The position numbers and the translations under genes were made by a program. Positions 1 through 13,865 of a stretch of DNA of 64,000 nucleotides are shown one piece after another; within the stretch, counting starts at the first letter, position 1, and every line of letters begins with the position of its first letter. The notes below the pieces were generated by a model. The model had not been told where the DNA came from and did no database searches. It saw only the letters and a list, made by a program, of their open reading frames with translations. Source of the stretch: Folioceros fuciformis. Lineage: Eukaryota. The stretch covers positions 1 to 64,000 of the forward strand of contig JBNGIO010006211.1 in assembly GCA_049999805.1 (NCBI GenBank), in the 5' to 3' direction.

Positions 1-321
1 CAAACCTATACCCACTCTTATAACCAAACCCACTATTTCCTGGTCAATTAACCCAATTAGCACAAAGAAAAATAGGAAAAATAACCAGAAAATCAAGGAA
101 AATTAGGGAAAATAAGTTGAAAAAGAAAACCAAACCATACCACTATTAAACCTTTTTCAACCAAAACAAACCACTACCCCAAACTTTGGAGGTTCACACT
201 ACTCCCTATGGAATCTTAGTAATTCCAAAAGCTCCGCTTGTATGACAGCTCTGTTTCGAAGCCATTGTCGCCTGGAATGGCCTGGCATGATGATCTGAGG
301 GAGTCAGGGTTGCAGGATCGC

Positions 322-391
322 CTTGCTCTGATACCATATTTCAGGTTACATGTGGCCCTGCTCTAATACCATGTTTTAGGTTACATGTGGT
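322..391 (-). mobile_element. LTR-retrotransposon primer-binding site (tRNA-iMet type) plus LTR edge, duplicated as a 35-bp tandem
   Basis: GCTCTGATACCA at 325-336 is the reverse complement of the PBS TGGTATCAGAGC. A second imperfect copy (GCTCTAATACCA, 360-371) is followed directly by TG, as expected at an LTR terminus. Confidence 0.6.
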
Positions 392-599
392 GTGGTCTAG
401 ATTGATGTGCACAATTGTGTGAATTTTTGCGTCTAACCTCAGAGAATGTAGAGAAAGTACATTGTTCTTATGGTGCAACCACGCTTGGCGTGTAACCGTC
501 TACTTTAAGTAACGTTTCGTGCTTGGCATTAAGCGTCCCCTAATGCTAGGGATGCTACATATCTCAACAAACTATGCCCCGGCACAACTTAGGGACCGA

Positions 600-3250
600 G
601 TTTGACAGAGCGGGCGTCTAAACGGGCGCGACAAGCTGTAACTTGTGCGGGATGGTGTGGGCATGCGCAGTGGGTGCGAATGGGCATGGCCCCATGACAT
701 ATAGGATGCAGAAGGCAAAACCATTTGCGCCGGCCTTGAGTTATGTGCCTCATTACTTCGTGTGTACCAATAGCGCTTGGCTTCCAACCCCAACCCGCAC
801 TTCTACAGTAGATCGACTAAGCTTCGTACCAGTCGAGGAGGTCTTGGGCACGGCACTGGGATTCAGACCAGCTCCCAACGTTCTGGAAGCTTGAAGTGTG
901 TAGACGGGTAGAACTCACCGGACTGTCTCTGGAATGGCACTCATATTAATTGTCAGAAGTAGGTTGAACAAGCCTGTCCTATTGCATCGTGTAACGTAGA
1001 TTTTTTGGCGGAACACATTCGGCACTGGGTCGGTGGTTGTGCTCCCTACACATTTCATCAATACTTTCGTTTCGTTTCGGAAACGTTGGTCCGAAGTACT
1101 GTTCCCCACTCTGTTCGTCAACACTTCCGTTTGGCTTCTGAAACTTTTGGAGTGTGACAGCCTGTCTAAACTGGGTCACCCGTTTTGTGCCCTACAGAAA
1201 GGCAGAGAGGCAGGCAGCTGGATTCTCAGGTTATCGAAAGAAAATTGGTGGATGGCGTATTGTGGGCACCTGCCTGGTGAATATCTACGGTGGTGATGAA
1301 ATTTTGAGAGCTTGTCTAAACGGAGGATGTGGTCGAGAGACAGTGCTGAATGCTGGATATGCCGAACAAGGGCTGGGAAATGAGGCGCTTGCTCCGCATG
1401 AACAGCTTGAGCAGGAGGGCGTCATTTTTCTCTCGCCATGTCATATTTGCCTCCCTCCTCTGGACCTGTAAAAGCAGCGGAGGCATCCGGAATGGGAGAC
1501 GGCTGCGCTCACAGACTGTAGAACGGTGACTGCCGGACAATGTGGTGTTGGGCATCTGCCCAGCTATCCAGGACATGACTTAATGCAAAATGTAGTGAAG
1601 TGGAATGTGCACTCCACGTTTTCAACAGCTTGGCCCAAACGCATGTGGTGACATGAAATGTCCTGGTGGGCACGTACTTGGTGGACATGTAGCTACGCGA
1701 AATGTGGTGCATCGCAAGCTGCCTGGTAGCTTTTTGAAATCTTGGCCACAATGGATGCGGTGACGGAAGGGGAAGCCTTCAGCTGCGCTTTTGTGGACAT
1801 GCTGATTAGCGCTTTGGGGTTTGCTCTCTTAACGCATCGAGTGCGACTTGATTTCACTGGCGGGATGATAATCTCACTTCACTTCGCCTGTGGAATGACC
1901 ATACTTCTAGAGCCAGAATTTAACCTAGATATCATTCCTGAAAATGTGAGCAGGCTTTTCGTGTGGGACAGGAGAAGTGGTAATCTTGACGATGAGCAGG
2001 GCTTTTCGTTGAGGCCACCATACCATGGTGAGTGTGTGTCTATCCAGTGGCCTCCAGCACAAGCAAGATCAACAAATGATGAAAGTCCGTAAACAAAGAA
2101 TGGGTCTCTATCAAATGTCTTTGGTAGAGGAGCTGTTGTTAACGACAGGGTTGTTTGTGACCCATAGGCCCTGCAGTTGGATGATGCACATGTGCCAAGT
2201 TCTTGTTGAATATTGCCCAGATCTTGCTCGTGGAAACAGGGTGTCAGGCTTGATAAGGCATCCCAGCAAGCTGCACTGAATCTGTGTCGTCGTGTGGAGT
2301 ATCCGACACTCTCAGTGGGAGTTTGGTGGGTGGGAGTGGATGCATGGGTATCAGCGAGGGACTCTCACGTTCTCCTACTTTCACCTGACCTGTTCGGAGC
2401 TCTTGGCTAGCAGACCATGGTCATGAGTATCCTCTTGGACCCTATTCCTTGTTCCTCTCCAGGCTGTGGAGGACCTCGTCCCAGCAGCTTGGGCCTCAAA
2501 AAGTATTCCTCCAACCTGCATCAATCCACCTCAGAAGCGTGTGCTTCTGGAGCCGGATCATAGTTGTGAGTCCAATGGGCCGAATGGCTTTCTGGGCCCA
2601 CGAACATGCTACTCCGGACACGACTGTCCGTGGTGAGTTGGAGTGTCCATGATGCTTTGCAGTTTGGCCACAGTGCTTGGGAGCGTTGGAGAGTAGTTAG
2701 CCAATCTGGGCACCTCATGATGACAGCAAGTGTATCATACAGTTGCCTCCAACTCAAGCAAGGCTGAAAGTTACGGAAAGGTCGTAGGCACAGGTTGGGC
2801 CTCTATCAATCTCCTTGGTAGAGCAGCTATGGTTGACAACAGGTACGAAGAAGAAGTGACTGATTCCAGTAATGGTGCGGAGATCCTTACCTTGTTGCAG
2901 TGCAAGGCTTGTGGAGAAATGTAATCCATACCGCACCCTTTAGAAATATTGATGGAGCAAGAGTTAGACTCAAGCATCATGCGGCACGTGATGTAGCGAG
3001 CAGCGCTTTTGGTGTGGGACAGGAGAAGGAGTCAAGTGGTGAGCAAAGCTTTTGGCGTGGGACAGGAGGTGCATGTCAGTGGTGAGCAGGGCTTGTGGTA
3101 TGCGATAAGAGAAGTGTGAAGTGGTGGTGAGCAGAGCTTTTGGCAGGCGATGAGAGAAGTGTCAAGTAGTTAGCAGAGCTTTTGGCAGGCGATGAGAGAA
3201 GTGTCAAGTAGTTAGCAGAGCTTTGGTATGCGAAGAGATGAGTTGGTGAG
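600..3250 (-). mobile_element. Highly decayed Ty3/gypsy-type pol/gag relic
   Basis: Frameshifted minus-strand fragments resemble integrase (QTEVLTNRV / EQSGEQYF ~ QTERVNQxLEQYLR, ~1090-1135), the integrase Zn-finger region (KATRQLAMHH...KYVPT, ~1660-1740) and the pre-RT region (HWTHNYDPAPEAH ~ HxIxLxPG). No intact ORF. Confidence 0.5.
3085..3235. repeat. 42-bp tandem repeat (~3.5 degenerate copies)
   Basis: GCAGAGCTTTTGGCAGGCGATGAGAGAAGTGTCAAGTAGTTA occurs twice exactly, with degenerate flanking copies. Confidence 0.85.
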
Positions 3251-6200
3251 TGCGTACCATCGATCTGGTTGCGTCCAAAATGGACGAGACCCAAACTAGC
3301 TCTTGAAAAGCAGTAGGTTAGGAACGCGTTTCACAGTTTCCTTTTAGTTCTTCGACACAGGAGCTAGAGTTTGCAACAGGGATGAAGAAGCCAGTGATCC
3401 AAGTAATGGTTCTGGGGATAACTTTGTTGCAGTCCGATGCTGTAATGGAGCATGTGGACAGGCTGCAAATCGCACACGAGTCACGTCATGGTTAGGCTAA
3501 GCTCGTTGGTGATGAACGGAATGCCGGTGAGTGTACAGTGTCGTTGCTAAGAGAAGGACTATCTGTTAACGTCTTGAGTGATGCTACTGTGGGAGATGTG
3601 GCCAGCAGATTCTGGCCTTCACCTCAGCTCAACTTTGTGACGGTGCAAACCTTGATGCGTGAGCAAATCTCTCGATAAATGAGTCGTCCTTGACAGCAAG
3701 GATTGAAATATGCAGTGTAAAGCATGAGAAATGCAGTGTCAGCTATCAGATATGTAAGCCCACTCAGCCCGAAAGCAAATTGTGTCTTGGCAAGTAGATT
3801 TGAGCGGGGGCTTTTGTCGCGCAGCCCAGTGTGCATTGGGCTTTCTCAGTACAACCCGGTTTCTGTACCACCACTCCGTCCGGCGATCCGCTGGATCACG
3901 GCTCGGTATGTTTGTCTCAGATGTTTCAAGAGGTTAACCACCACAGTTTGCAGTTTCACGAGTGTCCCTTCCCACCAATTCAGGCACGAAACTGCACTGA
4001 TGCACGACATTTGGAGGCAATAAGTCTCCAGAGAACGACGTGTTCCACCCAAATTCACGATCCACGGTGTAATTCGGCAGCCAATGAATAATCTATCCAG
4101 ATTGGAATCAGAGTTCGAGTGCCAGTGCAGCGAGCCCGCCGCTTGTTCCGCGTTTAAGCTTCCAAGATTACAGAGGAGTTGGTGAGACGTGAACGGCCAA
4201 CGTATTGTATGCATATACATTAGTCCCTTGAAGCTCCTCATCTGCTCCGTGCATCTCCAGTGTGTAGATATGCCGCGGCCGCCGTATCAGCCAACGACAC
4301 GAACTGGAAATGTCGTTCTGTTTGTGACTACCAATGACGCGACAATTGGACTGAGTCTGCAAGGCCTCCGACAAAAAAGCGCTGTGTGCGGGCGGCGCGC
4401 CAGGTTTGCCTGCCACTTACTTCGGGCCCTGATCCCGATCTTCGCGAGTACCTGGCCAACGGAGAGTTCGTGTACAACTGTCCGCGAGGGATCCGCCGAT
4501 GCGCGCGTCGGCTACGCTGGCTTCTACAACAGCGCCAACAGGTTCAAGCTGACATCCTCAAAGCCGTCGACCTGAGTCTCAATTACGACCGTCTCGACAG
4601 CGTGCGTGCTGCATCATCTCCGCTTCCAATTCTCCGAGTTTATTTGACGGTGGCAGAAGGAGGCTAAAGGGTCCGCTTTGTCGTGAATGGTGCAGAATGC
4701 AATTGTGGCTCCCCAGTGGTCTTCTACCGGACACGAGATCGTGCAGATCTGAAGGGGCAGTGCTGACCTGCAGATCGTCTCCCACGATCTGCAACTGGTG
4801 GATTGGGAAGCGAGGGAAGGCGACGCATATGTGGTGCCCGATTCCATGCCCACGTCGTTACGGCCGGCGACGAAGGCTTGGAATGGATCACCTTCTACAC
4901 CGCCGATCAGTGAGTATCCCTTCCCCTCGTGGCTTTCTTCTGGTCTTGATGAATCTTTCCTCTTGCTCTTGATGAACATCGTCTTCGCAGGCCACTCGTC
5001 GAGGCTCTTGCAGGCAGGACCTCCGTGCTCAGGAAACTCCCCGAGGAAATGTCCAACGCAGCTTTCAACGTTGTTGTAGAGCAGGTCCGAGAGGCCACGG
5101 ATTGGAGGGCGCTGGAGGCTCTTATGCTGCCAGCAGAAGGCCACCGCCATCTGAGGAGGGGTGCTCTCGTTGAAGAGAGTGCTTTCTTCCTGTGAAGACT
5201 TCTTGATTGTTTGCACGACCGGCAGAGTTTCTTCATTCGAACAATTCACTAGCCTTTAGTACGCGGTAGCTGGCGACGGAAAATTGTTTGTTGATGTATG
5301 CATCAGCCTACAGATTTACTAAGCTAGTAAAGCTGGATATAAGCGCATGGTTGTGAGTGCCTTTGAGGGCACCGCCCATAGCCTGCGAGGTGAAACAAAA
5401 GAGCTTACAAGGAAAATGACTTGCAAGACCTTCGAGATGCCCACATTGTTGACGCTCAGATCGGTTCTGAGCGGCCAGGCTTCTGGATTGGTATATCTTT
5501 AAGGAGCACCAGAGACACACCCCTTCATCTGCTCACGGCTTCACAAATTGATGGGAAGATACAGGTTTTACTCCATGACAGCTCTCCGGAGGAAGGGGTC
5601 TGCACCAGCCAGAATGGCCTGTGCTGGAAGGAAAACGATCCCATTTCCATCTGGAGTACAGGCCTGTCCACTGTTATCTGGATGCCCGCCTACAGCTGCG
5701 AAGAAACATAGTTCATCGCTGTGCGATTCACGAGTGCGCCACAAGCACAGAGAAGAGTGCTCACCGAACATATACCATACCTATGGCTCCCACCAGCCGG
5801 CTGATAGAAATATACCGACTACCAAACAAATTGGAGTTCGTTCATTTGCGAGAACGTGCAATTCAACTCCTTGGACAGGGCCCGTTACCAAAGACGACAG
5901 ATGTCAACATGGCATCCACGTATCCCATTCTCCTACCTCCTCCTTTCTCTCTTCTGCCGAGTAAAGGCAGCAACAGCGTCAGGAAAAAGACGTGGAACAC
6001 AGATACCCATAAGCAGCAAGCGGAGTCACCCTTCCTTGACATTTGGCTTCGGGCTTAGGCCACGGCCTTGGAGGACAGATAACTCAGCAGCCAGGCTCAG
6101 CATTCTCAAGGGAGAGCGGTCATGGAGCGTCGAAAAACGCCCCAATCCCTTTGCTCCATGCAAACCCAGGTCTCCACCCACAGCCTGACATCCTCCGTCA

Positions 6201-6660
6201 CGGATTCCAACTCCAGGGAACGGGCAGTGTGGGGCATGGCAACCCTGACATCCGAGAAGTTAGAAAAGGCCGTGTCGATCAGGGCTGCCACAAGCGCCGG
6301 CGCCCTGGCCTTCACCAGAAGGTTCAGTATCTTCATGCCCTTGAGAATCAGGCAAAAGAGCGGCCGGCCCTTACACAAAGCAAAGGTCTTTGTGCCTGCT
6401 GCAGTTAGGTGAGAGTATATCTGCTCGGGCTCGTGTACATATCATACATTTATATGTTAACTTGTGTTATACGCTACAAGTCTCGACTTAAGCTCTGAAA
6501 AGTGAACACACAACGTAGAAGTCGAGACGTGGCTTGGCTTGGCAAGTGTCATCGGAGGCTTGTTTCCGTTCAGTTGATCAACGATCCCTTGCTGGAGGAT
6601 CGACAGAGGATTTCTATGTGTGGTGACGGTACAGTCTGTCCATTTCGTGCATCCTAGCTA

Positions 6661-9600
6661 ATGAAGCCTGCAATGGAGGAAGTCCCAGAGGGGAAGAACT
6701 ACAGCTTCCCTCAGGAGGAGGAGAAAATTCTCGAGCTGTGGGAGTCCTTGGACGCGTTCCACACCCAGCTCAAGCGTAGTGAAGGGAAGCCGGAGTATAT
6801 TTTCTATGATGGTCCCCCCTTTGCGACAGGACTGCCTCATTACGGCCATATTCTAGCCGGGACGATTAAAGACATTGTGACGAGGTACAAGTCTGCCCGA
6901 GGGTTTCATGTCACGAGACGGTTTGGGTGGGATTGCCATGGCCTGCCCGTCGAGTACGAGATTGATCAGAAGCTGGGAATTAAATCTAAGGACCAGGTGC
7001 GGGATTCAAATTCAGAAGGATCTCGCTCGAGTGGCAGGAGACTTGCATTGCTGACATTGCCCTTGCTGTGGAACAGGTGCTGGCTATGGGTATCGACAAA
7101 TATAATGACGAGTGCAGGAGTATCGTGATGAGGTATAGCGCGGAATGGGAGAAAATCATCACCAGAGTTGGGAGATGGATCGACTTCAAGAACGACTACA
7201 AGACACTCGACCTCCCATTTATGGAAAGTGTTTGGTGGGTTTTCAAGCAGCTACATGAGAAGGGACTTGTCTACCGGGGGTTCAAGGTATTCATTTTGGG
7301 TTTCTGTGACGGTTTTACTGATGCATCCGTGATAGAATGCAAATTCTAGTGTCAAAGAGGAGGAATGGGCATTCGATTATGGACTGTCTCATTTTTTTCT
7401 CCTGTAGGTTATGCCATACAGCACAGGGTGCAACACCCCCTTATCCAATTTCGAAGCTGGTCTCAATTACAAGGTTTGTCACTGCACCGTATGCTTGGGG
7501 TTCGAGCCGAATTGCTGCTCCTATTGTTGGCGATTCCAACAGAACATGGATCCATATTTCTCTGGTCTTGTACCACTCTAACCAGTGTGCTTGATGCTCC
7601 AATCTTCAGGATGTCTCAGATCCTGCAATCATGATTGCATTTCCGTTGGTTGAAGATCAGGATAATGCATCTTTAGTCGCTTGGACCACCACTCCTTGGA
7701 CTCTGTTGAGCAACTTGGCCCTCTGTATCAATGCAAACTTCACATACGTCAAGGTCTCTGCGACTTTACGGATGTATGCTCATTTGGCTCAACGCTGAGA
7801 AAGATTTGTGGTGATATTGATGGTTCTGCTCTGTGGGCTGTGTCTCAGGTGAAGAGTAAGGTGACTGGAGAGGTCCTCATTGTTGCAGAGTCTCGCCTTT
7901 CCCAGTTGCCAAGCAAGAAGGCAAAAGTGGCAACTGCGAACGGGAATGTGGAGAAGTCGTCTAAAGCGGCGGATGGTAAAAACAATGCCCAGCGTCAAGA
8001 ACCAGCTAAGCCGGATTCCAGTACGTATGAGGTCATCAGTACTTACCGAGGGAAAGATCTGGTCGGCAAGAAGTAAGCCCTAAACGACTTGCGATTAGTC
8101 CAACATATTCGCGTTCTGATGGATATGCATTGGAGCCATGGTGCTAATTTGTGCTGGTTGGGTTTAGGTACAAGCCAATGTTTGAGTACTTTTCATACTT
8201 GTCAAACGTAGCCTTTAAGGTTGTGGCTGATGATTATGTAACCGATGGTACTGGAACTGGTATAGTTCACTGTGCACCAGCATTCGGGGAGGATGACTAC
8301 CGTGTGTGTCTACTTGCGGGTGTGATTCAAAAGGTATATCACTGTCGATTGATCAATGATGTCTGACTTGGATATTATCCTGGGTCTTCTACGCCATGTG
8401 CTTGATGGTGTTGCCCACGTCCCACCTTCTTCCTGCTTTCAGGGAGAGGGGTTTCCAAACCCAGTTGATTCAAATGGTTGCTTCACCGATGACATCACGG
8501 CTTTCAAGGGTCGTTATGTGAAAGAGGCAGATAAAGATATCATTGCTGCTGTGAAGGTGAGAAGTATTCTGACCCTTTCACGCTAGCTAAAGTCTTGTTT
8601 TTCTTGCTGTGACTCGCTACCTTTGATATTTGTGCTTACCCTGTCTTTGAATGCCACCTAACGTGCTCGTTTGATGGCCAGGCCCTCGGCAGGCTTGTGC
8701 ATGCAGGCAGTGAGGTGCATTCTTATCCATTTTGCTGGCGGTCTGAAACTCCTTTGATATACAGAGCAGTTCCTAGTTGGTAAGGGGTTTCTTCTATGCC
8801 ACGATATGGCATTGTTTGCAGGAATAAATTGTGCGGGGGCGGATCTTGATTGTGTCAGCATGTTGTACTGCTGGTTCTGAAGGTTTGTAGCAGTTGAGAG
8901 CATTAAGGACCGTTTGGTAGAAAATAACAAGAAGACATATTGGGTGCCTGATTACGTGAAGGTAACCATGTCTAAGTTTGGTGTATGTTATGTCTGCCCG
9001 TCGTTGTAGTTTCATTCTCAGAGCTTCACAAACTCAACTGTCAAGTGCAGGAAAGGAGGTTCCACAATTGGTTAGAGAATGCCCGGGACTGGTCTGTTAG
9101 TCGCAGCCGCTTTTGGGGAACCCCATTGCCGATCTGGCTGAGTGATGACAATGAGGAGATGGTGGTTGTCGGCTCCATTCAGGAATTAGAGGAGTTGTCA
9201 GGCTTTAAGGTTCTATCTCTGCGCTGTGCTTTTCTGGCTGTTAAGAAGGCTAAAGCATGCTTCATGCCTCAGAGCAATTGTCCCGCCTTTTGATGTTTCA
9301 GGCAACAGATCTTCACCGTCATAAAATTGATCATGTTACCATTCCATCAAGAAGGGGCCCTGAGTTTGGAGTACTTAAACGTGTTGAAGATGTGAGTGTC
9401 AATACTTTTGGTGTGTTTGTTTTGCTAGTATCCCTCTAAAAACCTGGCGTTGTGCTTGGTGGATATGCTTTCACTAGGGGCTTCAGTCACCCGATTATCC
9501 AGTTGAAACTCCAGGAATTGTTATATTCTTTCTCAGGTTTTTGATTGCTGGTTCGAAAGTGGCTCAATGCCGTATGCTTATATCCACTATCCCTTTGAGA

Positions 9601-12600
9601 ATCAAGAACTATTTGAACGCAACTTCCCTGGACATTTCGTCGCTGAGGGCCTAGATCAAACTCGTGGATGGTGTGTGCCTACCGCAGTGTCGTACTTTAT
9701 GTTTATTGATATCTTGCAAACTCTCACGACGTCACAGGGACGATTACGTCTGTTCACACTCATGCAGTCTGGAGTCTCAATCCCTTGTTCGGTTGAGATT
9801 CACAGATTTGTGTTTATGTCTACAGGTTCTACACTCTCATGGTGTTGTCAACAGGGCTGTTTGACAAACCAGCATTTCAGAACCTTATTTGTAATGGTCT
9901 GGTCCTAGCAGAAGATGGGAAGAAAATGAGCAAGCGCTTGAAGAACTATCCGCCAACAATGGATGTTGTCAATGAATTTGGCGCTGTAATCTTTTTATAG
10001 ATTTTTTCTTGTTTGCACGCTCTTCAGCTGTGTGTTTGTGTGCCTTAATTTTTATCACTGCGTGCATGTTGGTATGAGCAGAAGCTGTTGCTTGATACGT
10101 ATGCGCAACTTGTCACACTTTTGGTTTTGCAGGATGCTTTGAGATTGTATCTCATAAACTCACCAGTTGTGCGAGCAGAACCGCTAAGATTCAAGAAGGA
10201 TGGAGTGTTTGCTGTGGTTAGTGTGAATCTGGCTTGTTTGTAATCATGGTCTCACTATCGTGACATGAGTGTGAGGTACAAATCTGTTGAACTGTGCCTG
10301 TAGGTCAAGGATGTGTTCCTCCCCTGGTACAATGCGTACAGATTTTTAGTTCAAAATGCACTGCGCCTCGAAGTCGAAGGTTTTGGCACCTTTCAGCCAC
10401 TAGATCTGCCCACTCTGCAGAAGTCCACTAATGTTCTGGACAGATGGATCAACTCTGCCTGTCAGAGTCTTGTTGGGTTTGTGCGAGAGGAGATGGAAGC
10501 CTTCAGACTATATACTGTAAGGTTTCCAGTTTCCACCATTTTACGTTGCGAACTAAAGGATGACTCATTACTTTACCAATCGTGCAAAGGTTGGTCTTCC
10601 TCAATGCAGGTTGTTCCACAGCTTTTGAAGTTCATTGAGAGCTTGACAAATGTGTATGTACGGTTCAATCGTAAGAGATTGAAAGGCCGCACAGGGGAAG
10701 CGGATAGCCGAGTTGCTCTGTCTACCTTGTATCATGTATGCACTTCCTTCCATTCATTGGTGTTAATTTGGTAGTTGCTTTAATTTACGTATTGTCTCTG
10801 CTCATACCTTCGCGTCATACGTTCATACTGTTTCAGGTGCTTCTGACTACTTCCAAAGCAATGTCGCCTTTCACGCCTTTCTTCTCTGAGGTGCTGTATC
10901 AGAATCTTCGCAGACCTCTTGGGCCTTCAGCCGAAGAAAGTGTGCACTTCTGCTGTTTTCCAGAAGTTCAAGGAAAGGTACTGTTTCTTGTAGAAGCTCG
11001 TTTTACAGAGAAGGATGTAGGTATGGATTAGTTGAATAATGGATGTGGTATATCTTCTCGTCCCAGAGTGATCACCGAATTGAAGAGAGTGTGGGAAGAA
11101 TGATACGGGTCATTGAGCTGGCCAGGATCATCAGAGAGCGGCATAACAAGCCCTTGAAGACGCCTCTGAGGTTGGGTTGAGGCGGTGAAATGATTCTTAT
11201 GTGTATTGTGTGGGTACTGCAAGAAGGATCTTACTTTCGTACTGCGTGTCTGCCAGAGAAATGGTTGTTGTGCATCCCGACACCGACTTTCTTGAAGACA
11301 TCACTGGCAAGCTTGGCGAGGTAGGGGCCACTTGATGCACATTGTGCTCTTGTAAGCATCATGATGCTTCGGCGTCATAATGACCAATCCAATGTTGGAT
11401 TGTTGACATCCTCTGTCTTGCAGTACGTATCCGAAGAGCTGAATGTCAGAACCATCAAATCTTGCAATGATCCACTTACATATGCTAACCTTCGAGCAGA
11501 ACCAGATTTCAGGTAAACGCTCAGCTCCTGGTTTTCATGTCTTTTGCGATGGACGCAAGTCGACACAATTCTAACCTTTGGAAACCTTGTGCGAGCAGTG
11601 TACTTGGTAGAAGACTGGGTAAAGCCATGGGCTTAGTGGCAAAGGAGGTGAAAAGCATGACTCTGTCGGACATCCTCGCCTTTGAGAAGTCCGGGGAGGC
11701 TACGTTTGCTGGGCACAAGCTCATTGGAGGAGATATCAAGGTTGCGCATGCAATATGCCGTATCAAATTCTGTTCTACGTCTTTTGTGGATGGGTTGAAT
11801 GTAATCTGTGGCCTGTGCTCCAGGTCATCAGAGACTTCCGTCCCCCGGATGGGATTAGGAAAGAGGACATTGATGCTGCTGGAGATGGTACGTTTGTCAG
11901 CACTTCTCTACAAAACGCATGACCCATGGGTTGCTAGGATTAAGCATGTGCATCCGCCCTTGCTTTCCTCACTCATTGTGCGTGCAGGTGATGTTTTGGT
12001 TGTGTTGGACCTACAACCTGATGGAAGTCTGATTGAAGCTGGATTTGCAAGAGAAGTAAGCTGGTTACTCTTTTCAGCCTAGATTGGATTTCAGCGACCG
12101 CATGTTTGACTTAGTGCAGTTCCCGTCCTATCTACTTCTTCGGGACCAGATTGTCAACAGGATTCAGAAGCTCAGGAAGAAAGCTGGGCTAGAGCCCACA
12201 GATAGTATTGAGGTGTGGTACAAAGTACTCGAAAATGATCCTCCTACAAGTGAAAAGAGTTGCCTTACGCACGTTATCGAAACTCAGGTAAAGCCATGCA
12301 TGAACAGACGCAGCTGTGTTAGCAGACTCGGTTCCAATATCTTATCATACCCCTAATCTCATGCTCGTCTCTTGTGTCAGGCTGCCTACATCAAGGACTG
12401 CTTAGGATCTCCACTCCTTCCTTTCACGTTACTTCCTATCCATGCGGTACGGCTCCAACCGGAATCAACCTTGTTCCGTGTATCTCTCTCTTGCAGGGTA
12501 TGGTGTTGTCTCTCCTTCTATTGTCTCTCTTAACGTGTGATGGTTGGCTGTAGGTCGTTGTCGACAGTGAGGTATTCAAAGGAGTTGGTGGAGGCACCTT

Positions 12601-12964
12601 GGAGGTCACCCTGTCCAGAGCCACCCTCTCTTTCGCCAAGGATGCGGTCATTCAATTATGCTCAGGACAAGCACAGCATGCAGAAAATGTGGAAGTTTAC
12701 CTCCTTTCCAGAGATTTGGCCAATCTGAAAACAGAGTTGGCTGCCAACCAGAACAAGGTATTTTCTGTTACCATTACTTCTTGGAAACGACCTCGTACGT
12801 CAATTGAGCGTTCAGGCTCTTTCTTATCTAACCGTCAGATTTTTCATGTGTTTCCTTATCAGATCAAGGTAGCCATAGAAGGCCAAGAGTCATACGAGTT
12901 GTCGGCTGGCCAGCATTTCCATCTGTCGGTTTCAGAAAACGGGTTTCATCACTCCCATCCTTGA
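6661..12964 (+). CDS. IleRS: Cytosolic isoleucyl-tRNA synthetase, ~27 exons (ATG at 6661 or 6673)
   Basis: Motifs [16 protein letters not shown] (HIGH), [50 protein letters not shown] and KMSKR. Exons join in frame across GT-AG introns (first intron 6997-7076); stop TGA at 12962-12964. Confidence 0.97.
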
Positions 12965-13433
12965 AGAACGTTCTTTCGAAATTGATTCATTCAAGTAGCC
13001 TCGTCTACGCCACAGGCAGCGACAGCCTCTTGGTGTGAGACAGACTGTTCCCACAAACTGCCACGTGGGATTGCAGATTGGAATGTTTGCATTCTTCAAC
13101 GAATGATATCCTGTCTTGATTGTATTTCGGTAAGCTTGTACCTTCGAGGGAATATCTGGTAAGCGATTGGTACGAACAGCCGTAGGCTGGGCATCAACTG
13201 ACTCTAGCTACGTTATCTGCCTCTTCCCATCTCGTCCAGAAAACGCATCTCATACCCCGAAGACCATGAACCAGTTGTGATCAAGCTTGCCTCCTCAATT
13301 CATTCAACCGTGCTGTCCGTGCACATAGCCACTCAAATGTCATGCTTTGTAGTTGAAACTGTAGTGTCCTATGCACCAGGGAGATTTGTAAAAGTACCGT
13401 GTCTTAAGCAGGATGCTGTTACTCGAATAGTGT

Positions 13434-13831
13434 CAAGCCTGCTCCAGAGTAGACCACGTTGAGCATCAAACCTGCTCCACAGCAGACCACGTTGAGCCTC
13501 AATCCTGCTCCAGAGCAGACAATGTTGAACATCAAACCTGCTCCAGAGCAGACCACGTTGAGCATCAAACCTGCTCCAGAGCACTTTGAGCATCAAACCT
13601 GCTCCAGAGCACTTTGAGCATCAAACTTGCTCCAGAGCACTTTGAGCATCAAACTTGCTCCAGAGCACTTTGAGAATCAAACTTGCTCCAGAGCTCGTTA
13701 ACCATCAAACCTGCTCCAGAGTACGTTGAGCATCAAACCTGCTCCAGAGTACGTTGAGCATCAAACCTGCTCCANNNNNNNNNNGAGCATCAAACCTGCT
13801 CCAGAGTACGTTGAGCATCAAACCTGCTCCA
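13434..13831. repeat. Minisatellite of 33-bp then 28-bp units; contains an N-gap at 13775-13784
   Basis: The core GAGCATCAAACCTGCTCCAGAG recurs ~13 times with tails CAGACCACGTT (33 bp), CACTTT or TACGTT (28 bp). Confidence 0.95.
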
Positions 13832-13865
13832 CCTTCGCAGAGCTTTTTCGTTCCCACTCAAAAGA

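Noticed and set aside
13250..13430. Possible DYW remnants beyond the minisatellite (AMCTDS, DHNWFMVF on the minus strand)
   Set aside because: They are in different frames, the spacing is wrong for CxxCH...RDxNRFHHF, and there is no HxE; could be chance.
13434..13831. CRISPR-like regular array
   Set aside because: No unique spacers, units are head-to-tail, the context is eukaryotic and there are no cas genes. The same applies to 51290-51680 and 54381-54520.
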